A stretch of DNA of 64,000 bases from Octopus bimaculoides (Eukaryota). The stretch spans positions 66,388,851 to 66,452,850 of the forward strand of contig NC_068992.1 in the NCBI RefSeq assembly GCF_001194135.2. Reading direction: 5' to 3'. The position numbers and the translations under genes are program-made. Shown here piece after piece: positions 63,614 through 64,000 of this stretch; position 1 is the first letter of the stretch; each line of letters begins with the position of its first letter. Under the pieces are notes generated by a model. The model ran no database searches and had not been told where the DNA came from. It saw only the letters and a list, made by a program, of their open reading frames with translations.

Positions 63614-63766
63614 CAGAATGGTATGGAACAGAATGGTATGGAACAGAATGGTATGGAACAGAATGGTATGGAACAGAATGGTATGGAACAGAATGGTATG
63701 GAACAGAATGGTATGGAACAGAATGGTATGGAACAGAATGGTATGGAACAGAATGGTATGGAACAG
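63614..63766. repeat. Perfect 15-bp minisatellite (CAGAATGGTATGGAA)x10
   Basis: Ten identical units plus CAG; explains the WNRMV, EWYGT and VPYHS ORFs. Confidence 0.99.
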
Positions 63767-64000
63767 TTTTAGACATCAGCAACTGTACAGTGCTGATCAT
63801 TCCTGAAGAATAATAAATGGATGTTTGCATATCGAAGATGAGTCAGTACAGCATTTTGGTTCTTGTTTCCATTCATCCTTTAATGAATGCCTAAAGGATA
63901 AAATAAACAAATGTAAATAGAACTGAAAATACAAAATATATATAAGTAGTATTTCCCAGCAGCAGTGTTAATAGTAGTTGCCTTATTTTATCAATGGCAG

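Noticed and set aside
63614-63766. Tandem arrays here and at 45924-46037 considered as CRISPR-like
   Set aside because: Units are contiguous with no unique spacers, there are no cas genes, and the context is eukaryotic.

Overview
AT-rich eukaryotic genomic DNA with dense microsatellites, two assembly gaps (6663-6844, 58058-58166) and many tRNA-derived or RTE-tailed SINEs. From my recall of those repeat families the source is most consistent with an Octopus (coleoid cephalopod) genome; this is inference, not a database result. There is no long protein-coding exon, and almost all ORFs in the track are microsatellite or repeat artefacts. The window looks like the large introns of one + strand gene with very small candidate exons (53, 23, 18, 55 and 12 nt) and possibly several alternative ATG-bearing first exons. 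I could not identify the product. Readable transposon remnants: a Tc1/mariner transposase 3' end with DD36E spacing and intact right TIR, R4/Dong-like and HERO-like non-LTR fragments, a Gypsy integrase C-terminus, piggyBac-type TTAA MITEs and old CR1/L2-like debris. The best hunt result is a pre-miRNA-like hairpin at 24314-24386: a 32-position bulge-free stem whose four wobbles are G-U only on the + strand, flanked by 16-bp direct repeats. Other notable items are a tail-to-tail SINE fold-back (1862-2108), an 18-nt microexon candidate and two young minisatellites. SINE labels A-D are my working names, and repeat boundaries are approximate (about 10-20 nt). No CRISPR array, rRNA or intact tRNA gene was seen.
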